64,000 nucleotides of DNA from the human T2T-CHM13v2.0 reference genome, Homo sapiens (GCF_009914755.1 NC_060930.1), one strand, 5' to 3'. Positions 26,410-41,229 are shown, counted from the first letter of the stretch. Translations and numbers: made by a program. The notes: generated from the sequence alone by a model not told the origin.

Positions 26410-27029
26410 CTAAGAAAGAAGAGGTGGGTCAGGCACTATTCAAGAGGTGATATGACCATTGATCTCACAGTAGCTCTGAAGGTAGCACCAGCCCAGAGTA
26501 AACATCATGGTCTGTGTCCACTTCCCAGTTCCACGTTAGACTCATGACTAAGAGAATGGAAAGAAGGCCCCTCTGGCGTCATCTAATTCAGTGGTTCCTA
26601 TGTGCCAGGAGGCAGACTGATGCCTGTTCATAATGCTGTTTTCACCAGTCTATCCTATTTTTAAATGGCATTAAGACAATACCTTCCTTTATGAAATGAT
26701 GGTGATCGTAGAATGTATCTTTTTTAGCTAATATTCTTGTTTGGCAAAATTAAATAGTAAACTCTGCCAGATCCCTACTCTGCTCTCTGCCATTTTGGGA
26801 GACATTTTATTATCTGTGAAACCTCAGGATCTTAGAAACATACTCTGCTAGCTCCCTTATTTTCCAAGTAATGCAACTGAAGCCTAGAAGGCAGAGCAAC
26901 TCCTGGTGAGCTACTCAGTAGCAGTGCCAGGATTTGAACTCAGTTTTGCACCTTCCTGACCAATGATTTTCTACCAGTTTCAACAAGAACAACAACAAAA
27001 AGCAACTGCAAATATGCCTAACTATTTCA

Positions 27030-28641
<1,612 letters not shown>

Positions 28642-29794
28642 CAGGCAATCACTAGCCATTAAAGGGAATCTGTACTCAAATGGAAACCTATCTGCTGTCT
28701 CAGATCTAGAATGCCATCACAGACTCTTTAGAACGGACCTAAAGTATCACTTATTCTACCTACTTCATTTTACAGTTGAAGAAGCTAAAACTAAAAGGGG
28801 TCAGACAAATCTCCAAGGCTAGTTGAGGGGCTAATATCATAAGAGGGGGTTAAAATCAGATGTCTTGATAGCTAGCTTCAGGGTTCTTCTGTACACCAAG
28901 TTTCCTATCTTTTTTAAACACTCTCTAAGGGGGTTTAATTAAACAGCATATTCTCATGCCTCTTTCTACTATCATTCTCACTTGATGATTGTCAAGTGAC
29001 AACATATAATAAATATATTTGACAATAAGCAAATACAACCAACAAGAATTTTAATCAAATATAAAGCAATAAGTATTCTCTTCTCACATGCAATTGTAAT
29101 TCTGCACCAGAATAATTTAATCTAAATACAAGATAAACAAATCCCTAAGGTGAGTCAGCTGCTTATGGGTACAGTGCAAAGTCCCCACTCATAAATCCCC
29201 AGACAAAGAGTGGTCCCAGTCTTGGCCATGTTTGAAACTAGTTAACCCAGTTAACAAAGTTTCATACTTAACACAGGACTATTTCAGTCTAGGAGAAAAA
29301 GGACAGATTTGCTCAAAGACTGTGATACTCCTAACATCAGTGTGAATTAAAGAGGAGGTAAGTACCATATTACTTTTCACAATGTACGGATGAAGAAACA
29401 AGAATGCCAACATTTAATATAATCAATCCAAGTCAGTAGTAGAACCAGGAAGGAAGCCCAGGTTTCCTGGCAGTCCAGCTAGTTCTCTTTTACTTGAGAA
29501 CATTATAAACTGATTTGCAGTGGAAACAAGACTGCCTGTTTTCTTCTAAGCTGTGCCTAAGGCAATTTCAAGATTCCACTCAATGGAAGGGAACTTCCAG
29601 CTCAAATGTCCTACTCATCCCAAAATGCAAGGAAATTACTTTGATCTCTCTTTCAGGTTCCTACCCTTCCTTTGCTGGGAAGGAGTAAAAGCTTGCAATG
29701 GGAACTTCATCAAAAGTTACATGTTCAAGAGCGTCCTTTTTTACATAGATATGCCAAAACAATGTTTAGAAATCCTTCAAATAAATTGGTTAGG

Positions 29795-30105
29795 GGCCGG
29801 GCAAAGCAGCTCTTGCCTGTAATCCCAGCGCTTTAGGAGGCTGAGGTGGGAGGATGGCTTGAGGCCAGGAGTTGGAGACCAGCCTGGGCAACACAGTGAA
29901 ACCACCATTTGTTTAAAAAATAAAAATAAACATAAAAATAAATTAGCCAGTCATGGTGTTGAGTGCCTGTAATCCCAACTGCTTGGGAGGCGGAAGCAGG
30001 AGGATTGCTTGAGCCCAGGAATTCGAAGCTGCAGTGAGCTATGATCCTGCCACAGCACTCCAGCCTGGGGGTCAGACTGAGACCCATCTCTAAAAAAAAC
30101 AAAAA
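29795..30105 (+). mobile_element. AluJ
   Basis: Diverged full-length Alu (GAGGATTGCTTGAGCCCAGGA). Confidence 0.9.
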
Positions 30106-31130
30106 GCTTTTTTTTTTAAAAAAAAAATCAATTAGTAGAATTTCCATTCCAGCTCTATACCATCCCTTCAAGGCTACCTATTCCCCTCCATGTCCCAAAT
30201 ATTCAAATATTCTAGGAATAAACTTGCTTATGTCAGGTCTCTACCATTATATTATTTATCAAGGAGAAAGAGAAATCTCTATTATTACCACTCTAATCTC
30301 AAAAAATTAACGTAAAAACATAGATTTTATCAATCATCAAAATCATTAAAATTTATTTAATATTAGAAACCCTTCAAAAAAATCTTGAAAATGGAAAAAT
30401 CAAATCAGAATGGCTGAAATGATCCCAGGGCATAGATGGATGTGTAAAATGAAATTTTTAATCTTATAAATCCTGTTATCATTTCTTTTCATTGCAGAAG
30501 TCAGTGATTAAAAAACAAACAAATAAAACCGTCCCCAAACTTCAGAGCTTTTATCTGCCACCACTAATGTTTCTACATAATTTTTTGGGGTGTTTCATAG
30601 TGTTCATTACTATAAGGACACTCTTAAAAAATTAGAATACTCATGTGACAATAACGTGTTTAGCAAATTACATCGTAAAGGCATCTAGAGAAGACTATAA
30701 ATTCATTACTCTAAGAAATCCTAGGAAAATAAATAAATAGATTAATAAATAAATAGTTTTGGGAAAAGCAAAGAAGCAATCAAGATGCCTTTCCCAAACC
30801 CTGATTTTAAAACCAGAGCTTCAGGATCCCCTTTCTCCTTGTGTTACATACCTATTTCACCTGCTTGTTCCACAGCATTTTATATAGAAACTCCTTGCTA
30901 ATAGGACATCCCTAATGATTGGAATCCATGTTTAAAAAATGGTGAATAAAAACGTTTCTTGATTCTTAAAATTTTACAGTGTCCTTTGCTCAAATATTAG
31001 AAATACCGTACATACAATCTAGCTGAAAACGGTCACAGTTTTCCAAGGGCTTTAAACCCAAACGTCACACTCTAGCCATCATTGGGAAAGCTTGGGAAAA
31101 AAAAATAAGGCCATTTATGAACATACTCAC

Positions 31131-31320
31131 TCTCGAGCTGCTTCTGTTTGCATGACCAGGGCTGCCTTTTTGGGGTTTTCTGGGGACTTCAGTCCTTGAG
31201 TGTTCTGCTTGTATTTTTTAATTAAATCCATCAGAACAGCCTGGTGCCCAATTTTCTTTACCAGTTGCTGAACCATCCGATCATTAAGTGCAAGAAGAGC
31301 GGCCCCACTTACTTCTTCCT
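31131..31320 (-). CDS. SAMD3: SAMD3 coding exon (190 nt), rest of SAM domain
   Basis: TTTTTCCCAG acceptor, GA|GTGAGT donor. Continues the frame: EEEVSGAALLALNDRMVQQLVKKIGHQAVLMDLIKKYKQNTQGLKSPENPKKAALVMQTEAAR (SAM motifs EVSGAALLAL and KIGH). Confidence 0.96.
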
Positions 31321-31988
31321 CTGGGAAAAAGAAAAAAAATTAGTTTCTACATGACTTTCCGGCAAAACACAGGCATTCTGAAGAGGCAAAATTACCTCTA
31401 GTGATAAAAGGATCATCTAAACTTGTCCCCTGACATTATAAATTTATCCATATTTTTGACAAAGATAAAACTCCAATGTTGCATAATTCCAAATCAATGC
31501 CTGCTCCTAAGAAAGTACCAGAACATGGAATCACAATAAAAACTTATTATTTCTACATTAACACCCTTCTCATTCTAATTCTCTCTAACTGGTATTGTTT
31601 TTATAAGGAAAAAAAACTTAGGAAATTATTCTTCGTAATAGCTCCTAGCCAGTATTCAACCTTATAAACCCAACACTACACAAAATACATACTGTATTAC
31701 TTAAGAACAAAAGCAATATTAAATGCATATATCAAATATGTATTTTAAGTGACCCGTAAGACTTTTTTATTTGAGTTCTTAAAATATTATATTCTCTTGT
31801 GGATGTTACTTTCAAGTGGAAACTCTGCTACAGTCCATAAAGAAATGAAAAGTTCTCTACTGCAGCAACCCCACATCCACATTGACATGCACACAGACAT
31901 TTGGCAACAAAAGTAATTTTCAGTAACAGAGGACACCAGAATATCTAGGCTGCTCAATTAAAATTTTTGGAAAGCATAAACAACTCAC

Positions 31989-32067
31989 CTTGAAATCTAT
32001 GAACTAGCTCTCCTAAATTTTTCTCCACCAACCAACTGCAGACCTGCTCAACTGACCAGGTTTCCAT
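31989..32067 (-). CDS. SAMD3: SAMD3 first coding exon (ATG at 32067; whole exon 32088-31989 including 21 nt of 5' UTR), start of SAM domain
   Basis: Minus strand reads METWSVEQVCSWLVEKNLGELVHRFQ+G, a typical SAM start (W-S-V-E-Q-V-x-x-W-L). Acceptor TTTGCTCTACAG (AG at 32090-32089), donor CAAG|GTGAGT. 79 coding nt, phase 1. Protein recognised as the SAMD3 N-terminus. Confidence 0.96.
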
Positions 32068-32399
32068 TGCTGTCTCCTGTAAATACACCTGTAGAGCAAA
32101 AGGTCAGAGAATTCTCCAGCTTTTCTTTCTGATTGTGCCTTAATTTTTTTTTAACAGTCAGCCGCTTCCTTTGCTAGACTCCTTTATCTTCTCAATGTTA
32201 AGCTTTTTTAAAATTACTATTTTTACAATGTACATTTAAAAATTGCTAACAAAACACACACTCACTTTAAAAATAAGACCTGATTTAAACCTATTTCCTA
32301 GCATCCCATTTCTCAAATTTCTTCACCTTCTCCTACTTTTTTTCCACAGGCATCTCTAAGCTTTACTAACAGACAGCCAGGGACATACAATGGTACCCA

Positions 32400-32680
32400 A
32401 TCCTGTACCATTAACACCCAGGTTTCTTCACAAAGAAAAGAAAGGTGTGAAATTCACCACTACCAGGCTCCTCAGGAAGTGGTTGACATTTACAGAAGGG
32501 GTGGGCAGGAGAGGAAGGGAGGAAGGATCAGATAAAAGCCTGACAGAGATACTTAGTAAACTGGTTAACCCCTTAGTAGACTGGTTAACCCCTTGCTTCT
32601 CCTGGCTAGGAGAAGGAGATTGTAACTTGCTGCTTCTCATTGTTTTCCGTTAGCAAGAAGAGGAAGTAGGACCCACATTT
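32400..32680. promoter_or_regulatory. Putative lymphoid promoter/enhancer with T-box, ETS:RUNX and ETS motifs
   Basis: TAACACCC 32412-32419, AGGTGTGAAA 32443-32452, CAGGAAGTGGTT 32473-32484, AAGAGGAAGT 32658-32667, around the alternative first exon. Motif evidence only. Confidence 0.5.
32590..32640 (-). CDS. SAMD3: Candidate alternative first coding exon adding MRSSKLQSPSPSQEKQG (+VYLQETA from the next exon) in frame to the main ATG
   Basis: ATG at 32640, 17 codons to a weak donor GGG|GTTAAC. The 21 nt at 32088-32068 read GTG TAT TTA CAG GAG ACA GCA, so the frame joins the main ATG with no stop. Confidence 0.6.
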
Positions 32681-33364
32681 CTCTGGAGAATCTGAATGTT
32701 TCTGTCCTTCCTTCCAATACTATTCTTACATACCCCTCTGAGTTCTAGAACTTTTTTGGACACTGTTATGATTGGTAAGATAACTAGGATAAACTACCAC
32801 ACTGACTGAAAACTTTTTACTTAATTGGGCAGATTCAAAATTGGAAAGTAATTATTTATGTTAATAATTATCGTGAAAGAAGCGTAGGCAAAGTTTGCAA
32901 GATATATTCTTTAACTATTTCAGTTATTTTTGTATGCCACTTGTCTGCAACCACTTAGAAAACTTAAAACTATTTCCCTAAGGAAGCTTATTCCTTGTTT
33001 TTGTAATTCAATCCAAAGGACCTCTGATGGACTTGGAGAGGGGTGGGGTGGAGGGGGGGATTGAAATAAATTTAAAACATTTTAACCTTTTATCTTTACT
33101 TGGCAATTTCAAATCTTAATCTAAATGATATAGATTTACTTGCAAATTAAGATACTGACTATTCTGTAAAGACCAAGGAAAAAGCTACTCTTGGAGAAAT
33201 GGAATCATAAGGAAAGATTAAAATGGTTATCAGTCGTGAATTTAAATTTTATTGATGGAAGTTTTAAATGGAACTATTGTTGTATTTCTCATTTTTGTAT
33301 ATTTAAAGAAGTTACAATTACCAACATCATAGTTAGAATAGTGGAAAAGGGGAAACATGTTTAC

Positions 33365-33410
33365 CTTGCATATGTGACAAGCTGGAAAGATAGTCTTCAA
33401 GAATCATTTC
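33365..33410 (-). other. SAMD3: Candidate SAMD3 5' UTR exon (46 nt)
   Basis: CTTGTTTTCTAG acceptor (33412-33411), CAAG|GTAAAC donor (33364-33363), non-repetitive sequence 1.3 kb upstream of the ATG exon. Confidence 0.7.
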
Positions 33411-33554
33411 CTAGAAAACAAGTAGACTTCAAAGTATTAAGCCCCATAATCATAAGTGTTCACAAACACCAACTTGAAAAATTGAAAACAAGGGTTAAAT
33501 ATAGAAGAACATCTTTCTGAATTTCAGCAGTGGATTTAATTTGCTATGACAAAC

Positions 33555-33675
33555 AGTAGCCACAGAACCCCTCCCCTAGGCTAAGCAGCAATAGCAGGGT
33601 GTGAAAAGTCATTATTTGCGAGACTCTGGTGTAAATTAAAAATCACACCTTTCTATCACACTTCTGGCTTCCTTG
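33555..33675. promoter_or_regulatory. Cluster of T-box half sites (putative enhancer)
   Basis: GGGTGTGAAA 33597-33606, TGGTGTAAA 33627-33635, TCACACCT 33643-33650, TCACACTT 33656-33663, with AGCCACA and CTTCCT nearby, in non-repeat DNA. Confidence 0.45.
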
Positions 33676-34860
33676 CGAAGATTAGGACTTAGGGAAAAAA
33701 TAGAAAATAGAGAAAAAATAAAAGAATTCTCTAAACTCGAAGATAAAAAGGTAAGCAGAGCAGAAGATACTGCCTTGTAGTCATCGATGGATAAAAGGAA
33801 ATTTGAAAATAAAATGAGTACTTGGAAATGATCATGTATTTTTAAATTTGCAGATTTTTACCACAATTCTACTTCTGGGAAAAACAAAACAGGTTAAATT
33901 ATAACATCATACAAACATAATAAAATAAAAAAGCATATAGTTTTTGCCTAGTAGCTTTTCTGGAGAGTTAATAAAACAATATCACTGGCTAGACAACGTA
34001 ACATCTTTGAGTAGTAACTTTACAACTTCTTCTCACATAAATAATGGATATATTATTTATGATCTTCTACACCATGAAGGCATAAACTATATATCAAATG
34101 AGAAAAGATATATCTGGTAGCTTTATTCTGAGCTTCAGAAACATACGAAAATATTTCAAAATGTGAAGGCAAGCATTATCTCTAAATAGTTGAATAGTGG
34201 TATCATTTTTAAGAAGAATTAATAATACATTATGTATGAATGCTCCTGACAAACCATTATCATTATTTGATTGAATTATAAATCAAGAAAATAAATTTGT
34301 ATTAAATATTAAAGGGCTTCATTTAACTAAAGCCAAGAAGAGGTAAGACTTCAGCTAAAGCAGCCTAAATATGGGCAAGCTTTATTTAATAAATTTGTTA
34401 AAACTACAAAGGAAGATAATAGGGTCACCTGCTGTGAACGTGATTTATAATCTTCAAGGGACAATCTAACATATAAAACATCATATAAAACATACAAAAC
34501 ATTCGACCACAAAAGAGCACTTTTTAAGAAAATATGAAAACTTTTTGTCATCTTTCTTTCTATTTGCATTTTTCGCTTTATTCCTCTGAAGTCCAAAAGC
34601 TGAGACAACAAAAGATTCCTAAAAGTTTTGCTGGCGGCATATGCCCACTCCTGGATCAATACCTCATTCTGCCCTGAGAAAAAGTATCTCCTACCGTGGC
34701 TGAACTTGAAGGGACAAACAATTTATCACAAATCAGTTCCAGGCCTGGCGTGTAAAAAAGAAGGAAAATTGAGGTACAAAAATAAGGATGTGGCTGTCAC
34801 ATGAAACAATGTCTGGGCAATTCTCTTGGGTAGCAGCCTCGCTACCATGGGAGGTGATAG

Positions 34861-35193
34861 TGTTGTAGGACTCTCTCTTTAGTTCAGCTAAGAGCTGGGT
34901 TCTTGTCACACTGCCATGAAATATTAGGCTCACAGACACTTTGAAGGGTCAGAAGAATGGAATTTATTGGGCAAAAAGGAAAGAAAGGGGAAACAGTGGC
35001 TCTCAGCAGAGCGAGGGTCCTGCTAGTATATGCTTCTCGCCTCACAGATTGAATTCCAAGTTCCCACACCAGAATAAGAAGGGCCAGTTCCTCCTCGCTG
35101 CAAACCGTGTGAACTTCCGTGGCTCCACCCCATTCTCTCAGTGCGCAGGCTGTCGGAGGCTCTCCGGGGACCTGTTTATACTCAGGTGTCTCA
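34861..35193 (-). mobile_element. MER61-family ERV1 solo LTR
   Basis: Minus strand TGAGACA...GGTCCCCGGAGAGCCTCCGAC...AATAAA...GTCCTACAACA; 4-bp TSD ATAG (34857-34860, 35194-35197). Confidence 0.85.
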
Positions 35194-36119
35194 ATAGCAG
35201 CATGGTGTTCCAATGGAACATAACATCTCATCCACTATGGCCTGATGATATTCTTCCAACCATCACCAGACCACATGAAATAAAAACTGAAATATTCAAC
35301 TCAAATAATTTGCAGATGTTAGTCACCAAGACGTTTACTGCCTAGATAGATAGCCCAAAGTGGGGTGGATGATGATATACTAAAGAAGTTAGAAGCCTTA
35401 CTAAGAAGATAAGATACATAGATAAGCAGAATATGATATACAGCCAATCATGGTGGATGCTTTAGAAAGCACTCTGGGGCTGGATTTTCCCACAGTGTCC
35501 TGGAAGCGAATGGATCTTGATTTGGAATCTAAATAATGGACATAGTTTAGATAGCAAAGAAGCTGGAGAAAGCAGGATCAATATAATGAACTCAAAGTAA
35601 AAAAAACCAGAAAAAAACGAGTCATGTTTTGGAACCTCAGGGAGGACCGTGCTGCTTGGAATAGGAACCACATGGTAGGCAACCACAGGAGACAGGGTCT
35701 GAAGATCGCAGAAAGGCTTAGAATGTTAAGAGTTTATAGATATGCTTAAGCTTGGGAGAGTCATTGAACTGAGAGTATGTTCCATGCTTTGGAAAGATTA
35801 TTTAGGCAGCTGAGTCAAATAAATGACAGAAAAGCATTCTTTCTTGAAGCAAATTGTGTATGAGATGGAAGGGCTTAGCCTTTACTAAACATCCATATGT
35901 GCACCAGTTTTCCTTCGTTTTAGGAAACATAGATATTTATATTAATCTTTTAAACATTTAAGGAACAAAACTATTAATTTTTTTCATACATCACGGTCTG
36001 AAAGGGAGTGACATCTACAAAGCTAGCAGACAGCAAACAGGTGAAACACACCAAAAGGGGCTGTCTCTATACGTTATGCTAAACGATATGAAACAGCCAT
36101 TTTTTTTAAATTACAGGGA

Positions 36120-36576
36120 TTTATTTTTTTTTAATTTTTATTTTCATAGGTTATTGGGGAACAAGTGGTGTTTGGTTACCTGCATAAGTTCTTTAGTGGT
36201 GATTTGTGAGATTTTGGTGCACACATCACTGGAGCACACATTACTGCACCCAATTTGTAGTCTTTTATCTCTCACCCTTTTCCCCACTTTTTCCCGAGTC
36301 CTCAAAGTCCATTGTGTCATTCCTATGCCTTTTCATCCTCATAGCTTAGCTCCCACTTATGAATGAGAACATATAATATTTGGTTTTCCATTCCTGAGTC
36401 ACTTCATTTAGAATAATAGTCTCCAATCTCATCCAGGTCACTGCGAATGCCATTAATTCATTCCTTTTTATGGTTGAGTAGTATTCTATCGTATATATAC
36501 CACAGTTTCTTTATCCACTTGTTGATTGATGGGGTTTGGGGTTGGTTCCACATTTTTGCAATTGAGAATTGTGCTG
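36120..36576 (-). mobile_element. L1PB/L1MA 3' end fragment
   Basis: L1 3' UTR motifs (cttagctcccacttatgaatgagaacat, ttcattcctttttatggttgagtagtattc). Confidence 0.85.
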
Positions 36577-36774
36577 AAACAGCCGTTTTTGCACATACAA
36601 GAATTCAAGATCAGTAATTTCCTATGGCTTAAGTTATTAAAATCTTACTTTTATAAAAATTAGTGTCTCCATTGGTTCTTTTTATCTAGCAAGACTTATC
36701 AGAGTTGTCTGTAATTCACAACACCTCCAATAAATTTGAAGGAAAAAGTGGTGAGCACAGTCATAGTAACTTAA

Positions 36775-37092
<318 letters not shown>

Positions 37093-37612
37093 AATTTTTA
37101 CATTTTCAAAGAAACTAAAGAGCCACTTATCTGGGAAGTTTAGTTAAATTAATGAACAAAAATAGCAATGAGCCAGAGTCCCAGAACTTTGGAACTTTTG
37201 AGTCACAAACACCCTAGTGTTTTGGCCTTTGAGTCAAACTTATGGTTTATCCCTGCTTCTGCCTCGTTGACAGCCAAAGCTTATGGTTCAGCAACACAGA
37301 TTACAGTCCTGCCAGAGATGGTAACTGTGAACTGTGCTATTGAATTTTATGAAAAGCTGGATGTGTGACTGAGAAGTCTTGATAGTTTGAAGATGTCATT
37401 TCCCTCAGAATTAATTTATAAATTCCAATTAATATACATACGTGGTTATATGTTTTACTTACTATGAGGCTAGTTTTCATGTGGAAGAATAAATAGGTAA
37501 AAAGAACGAAAAATGCTTGACAAAAGGACTTGCACTTCCAGATGTTAAAAAATGTTATGCTATTAACAGCATGGTACTGGAGGAAAAGAGAACAGATATT
37601 GAAACAGAATAG

Positions 37613-37947
<335 letters not shown>

Positions 37948-38168
37948 AGTGAAAAGATCTTTAAAATTGGTGACAAAGAAGGGATTAGTCAATATATTTT
38001 GTTGGGATAATGCCTCATAACACCTACACAATAAATTCCTCAGATAAGTTAAATATGTAAATATGAAAAATTAAAAAGAGTTTAAAATAATCTAAGATTA
38101 CATAATAAAAATAAAATATTGATAGATTTGACTAAAAAGGAAAAACGCATGTGTACACATATATATCA

Positions 38169-38607
38169 CAGTGGACCCTTGAACGACACAGGGGTTGGGA
38201 CGCTGACTCTGCTATGCAGTTGAAAATTTGCAAGTAACTTTTGACTACCCCCAAACTTAACTACTAATAGCCTACTATTGATCAGAATCTTAACTGATAA
38301 CATAGACAATTAACACATATTTTGTATGTTATATATATTATATACAGTACTGTTACAATAAAATGAGTTAGAGGAAAGAAAATGTTATTAAGCAAATAAC
38401 AAGGAAGAGAAAACATTTACTATTTATTACATGGAAGTGGATCATCATAAAGATCTTCATACTCGTCGTCTTGCAGTGAGTAGGCTGAGGAGGAGGAGGA
38501 GGAAGAGGAGAGTTGGTCTTGCTGTCTCAGGGGTGGCAGAGGCAGAAGAAAATCTGCATGTAAGTGGACCTGAGAGGTTCCAACACATGTTGTTCAAGGG
38601 TCAACTC
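38169..38607 (-). mobile_element. Tigger2a/MER28 (TcMar-Tigger) element
   Basis: TIRs CAGTGGACCCTTGAAC / GTTCAAGGGTCAACTC followed by TA, about 440 bp, internal (GGA)n. Confidence 0.88.
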
Positions 38608-39487
38608 TATAATCCATAAAACCAACTAAAAAATTAATACACCAATAGAAAAAAATAGGAATAGGTAACTCTTGAACAAAATTTTAAACCAGTATCTGAA
38701 AAATCTACATTATTTGTAATAAAAATAATTAAATACCATCTTCATTTATTCCATTGGAAAAGGTGAAAATTAGCAAGAATGCAAGGTCAGTTGTTCTCTT
38801 ACACACTGCTAAGGGGAGTATAAAGTGGCACAACTTGCCCTGTCATATTATTCCCATTTTATAATTGAAAGTCCTGGAGTTTACAGGGTAACTCGCCTAA
38901 GGTTCCTTTGCTTGTAAAGGTAAAAGTGATTTGAATCCAATCTATCCAACTTTAAAGGGTACTAATGCAAGCCAAAAACATTAAAAATATTTCTACATTC
39001 TGACCCCAAAATAGCATTTCTAAGAATGTGCCTAAAGACATTAACAGAAATGAACACAAAGATGTGTGCCATAGCAATGGTCCGAATAGCAAATAAATTG
39101 GACAGATAAAATTTCCAGCAATAGGAATTGGCCAATGAATTACAGTAATTTATATTTAAAATAAAATACTATGTAGTAATCAAAAATTGTATCTAGACAA
39201 ATAACTATGTAGAGAGAAACAGTCATGGATATGGTTAACTGCAAATAAATTTAAAATAGTATGATTCAGATTTGTGGAAAGAATAAAATAAAAGTAGAAT
39301 GAAATGCTTGGTTACACAAAGGCTGGGAAAGCATATACTAGAAGGCAGAAGTGGCAATCTCTGTTTGGAGGAATTAATGTTTTTTGTTTGTAATCTGCCA
39401 CTCTTAAATTTTTCTCAATGAAAGAATTTTATCTTAATATCAGAAAAGTTAGAGTTTTATAGAGAAAAGGTAAAAAGTGATATTTAC

Positions 39488-39607
39488 GGATTATTGCTGG
39501 AGAGGCTTTTGGTCCATCTCTTCCAGAAGAGAAGATCAAAGGAGAGAGCACCCCTCCTCCCCAGGCAAATCCGATCAGTGGATGTGGTTCTGGTTCCTTT
39601 GTTTTAT
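39488..39607 (-). other. SAMD3: Candidate SAMD3 5' UTR exon (120 nt as an internal exon; may also serve as a first exon from a local TSS)
   Basis: CTTCCATTTTTCAG acceptor (39609-39608), ATCC|GTAAAT donor (39487-39486). Locally GC-richer unique sequence with GGATGTGGTT (ETS/RUNX-like) at 39580-39589. Confidence 0.6.
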
Positions 39608-40450
39608 CTGAAAAATGGAAGATATCACCTACAAATCTGGAATCTTGGTTTCTCTTGAAAAATCAAAAGTTCTGGTGATACTGGGTTCATATTTCTGAAT
39701 GGCAGCAACTGAGCAGTGGCTGCCCCATTGAAAGACAGCAAGACTGGGAGCCTCACAGTACACAGGAAGCATAAGGTAAGTTTGAAACAGGGTGGATCTC
39801 AGACAGCTAACGTTTGCACCTCTCAAAGGAAGAAGATTCTGACAAGTGTGACAAATACCCATGTATGTACATACATGTTTACCATAATATATCTTTGGAA
39901 CATTTAATTCTTCCTTAGTTACCTTTTTTAAGCTCCTAGAAGAAATAACACTAACTAGAAAAAAAATTTCCTATATCAATCTTAAGGCAGATATAATAAT
40001 AATGTATTAGAATTTAGACATTGAATTCAAAGTCAAGGACTCAAAGCTTTGCATCTCAGAAGGTTCTAGTGTCTTGAGGCTTCATTTTCTTTGTAGCTAC
40101 ATCATTGAACTAAAATGCACAAACCTTTATTTAGCAGACATTGGCTGAATGTAATTCTCGTTACATAGCTCAGTGTGTACGTGATAGTGCAGGTGATAGC
40201 TGAACATTTTATAGCTCTGAGTAGTGGCAAGAACTTACATTATTAAAATATTACAACTATTTTTTTGGAGTTACTCATTTGTTAGAACACATGAAAGGTG
40301 ACTTCTGTATCCACCTATATTGCTCAGCTGGTAGAGTCAAGCTGGGCTCTCTTGATCTGTTAACACTAAGTGCTGGTCTGACTTTGTAGGCCTCTTCAGG
40401 AAGAAGGGGATGCAAGGTAGTGGATCTTCTTAATGCAGTGTGACTCAAAG

Positions 40451-41229
40451 TGAAACTTGGAAACACCCTTGCAGGGCGTGCGATGGGTGTGACTCGCTTC
40501 TTCAGTACCCTGCAGCTCAAACCCCTAGAGGGAGCATGCAGACGGGCAGGTCATGGGGAGCATGGGCTCCTACCCCATGGCAGCACCTAGGGTTGAGTGT
40601 TTACAGCTCCAGAAGCCCCAGTGGGAGTGTGTTACAGTGCAGTCTTTCAGCTTAGCCATCCGCAGGTGGCTTGTGTTAATCAGCTCAATTAGATCCTCTG
40701 CCTTATCGCAAGGACAGAGGGCTTTCTGTATCCCAAGGTTCTTGCCTTAATGTACCAGAAAAATTGAATCACATGTAGGCTTGGAGAATGGGTGCACAGT
40801 TTTATTGACTGGTGGAAGTAGCTCTCAGCAGATGGATGGGATCCACAAGGGGAATGGAATGGGAAGGCGGTCTTCCCCTGGAGTCAGGCCGCTCAGTGGC
40901 CTGACTCTCCTCCAACCACCCCCAGGCAAATTCTACGTGGTCCACATCATACTGCTGTTGATGTCCTGCCAGTCTGTCAGTGTATTCTGCCAGTGTGTTC
41001 CTCTTGATGTCCAGCCGCTTGTGTCTGTGCCCGCTAGGGTCTCAGGGTTTTTATAGGCAGAGGATGGGGGTGTGGCGGGCCAGAGTGCTTTTGGAAAATG
41101 CAACATTTGGGCGTGAAAACAGGAGTGCCTGTTCTCACTTACGTCCATGGGTACAGGCCTGAGGGTGGAGCCCTAGCCAGGGACCCCATTCTTCTCTACC
41201 CAGCACTTCCCTGCCCGCCTCCCGTATCA
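40451..41229 (-). mobile_element. LTR1-like ERV1 solo LTR (LTR1/LTR27/LTR28 group)
   Basis: Minus strand TGATACGGGAGG...CCTATAAAAACCC...GTTTCA, 779 bp, 4-bp TSD AAAG (40447-40450, 41230-41233). Confidence 0.85.

Noticed and set aside
34861-35193. p53 response element, known in some MER61 subfamilies
   Set aside because: I could not find paired RRRCWWGYYY decamers in this copy.
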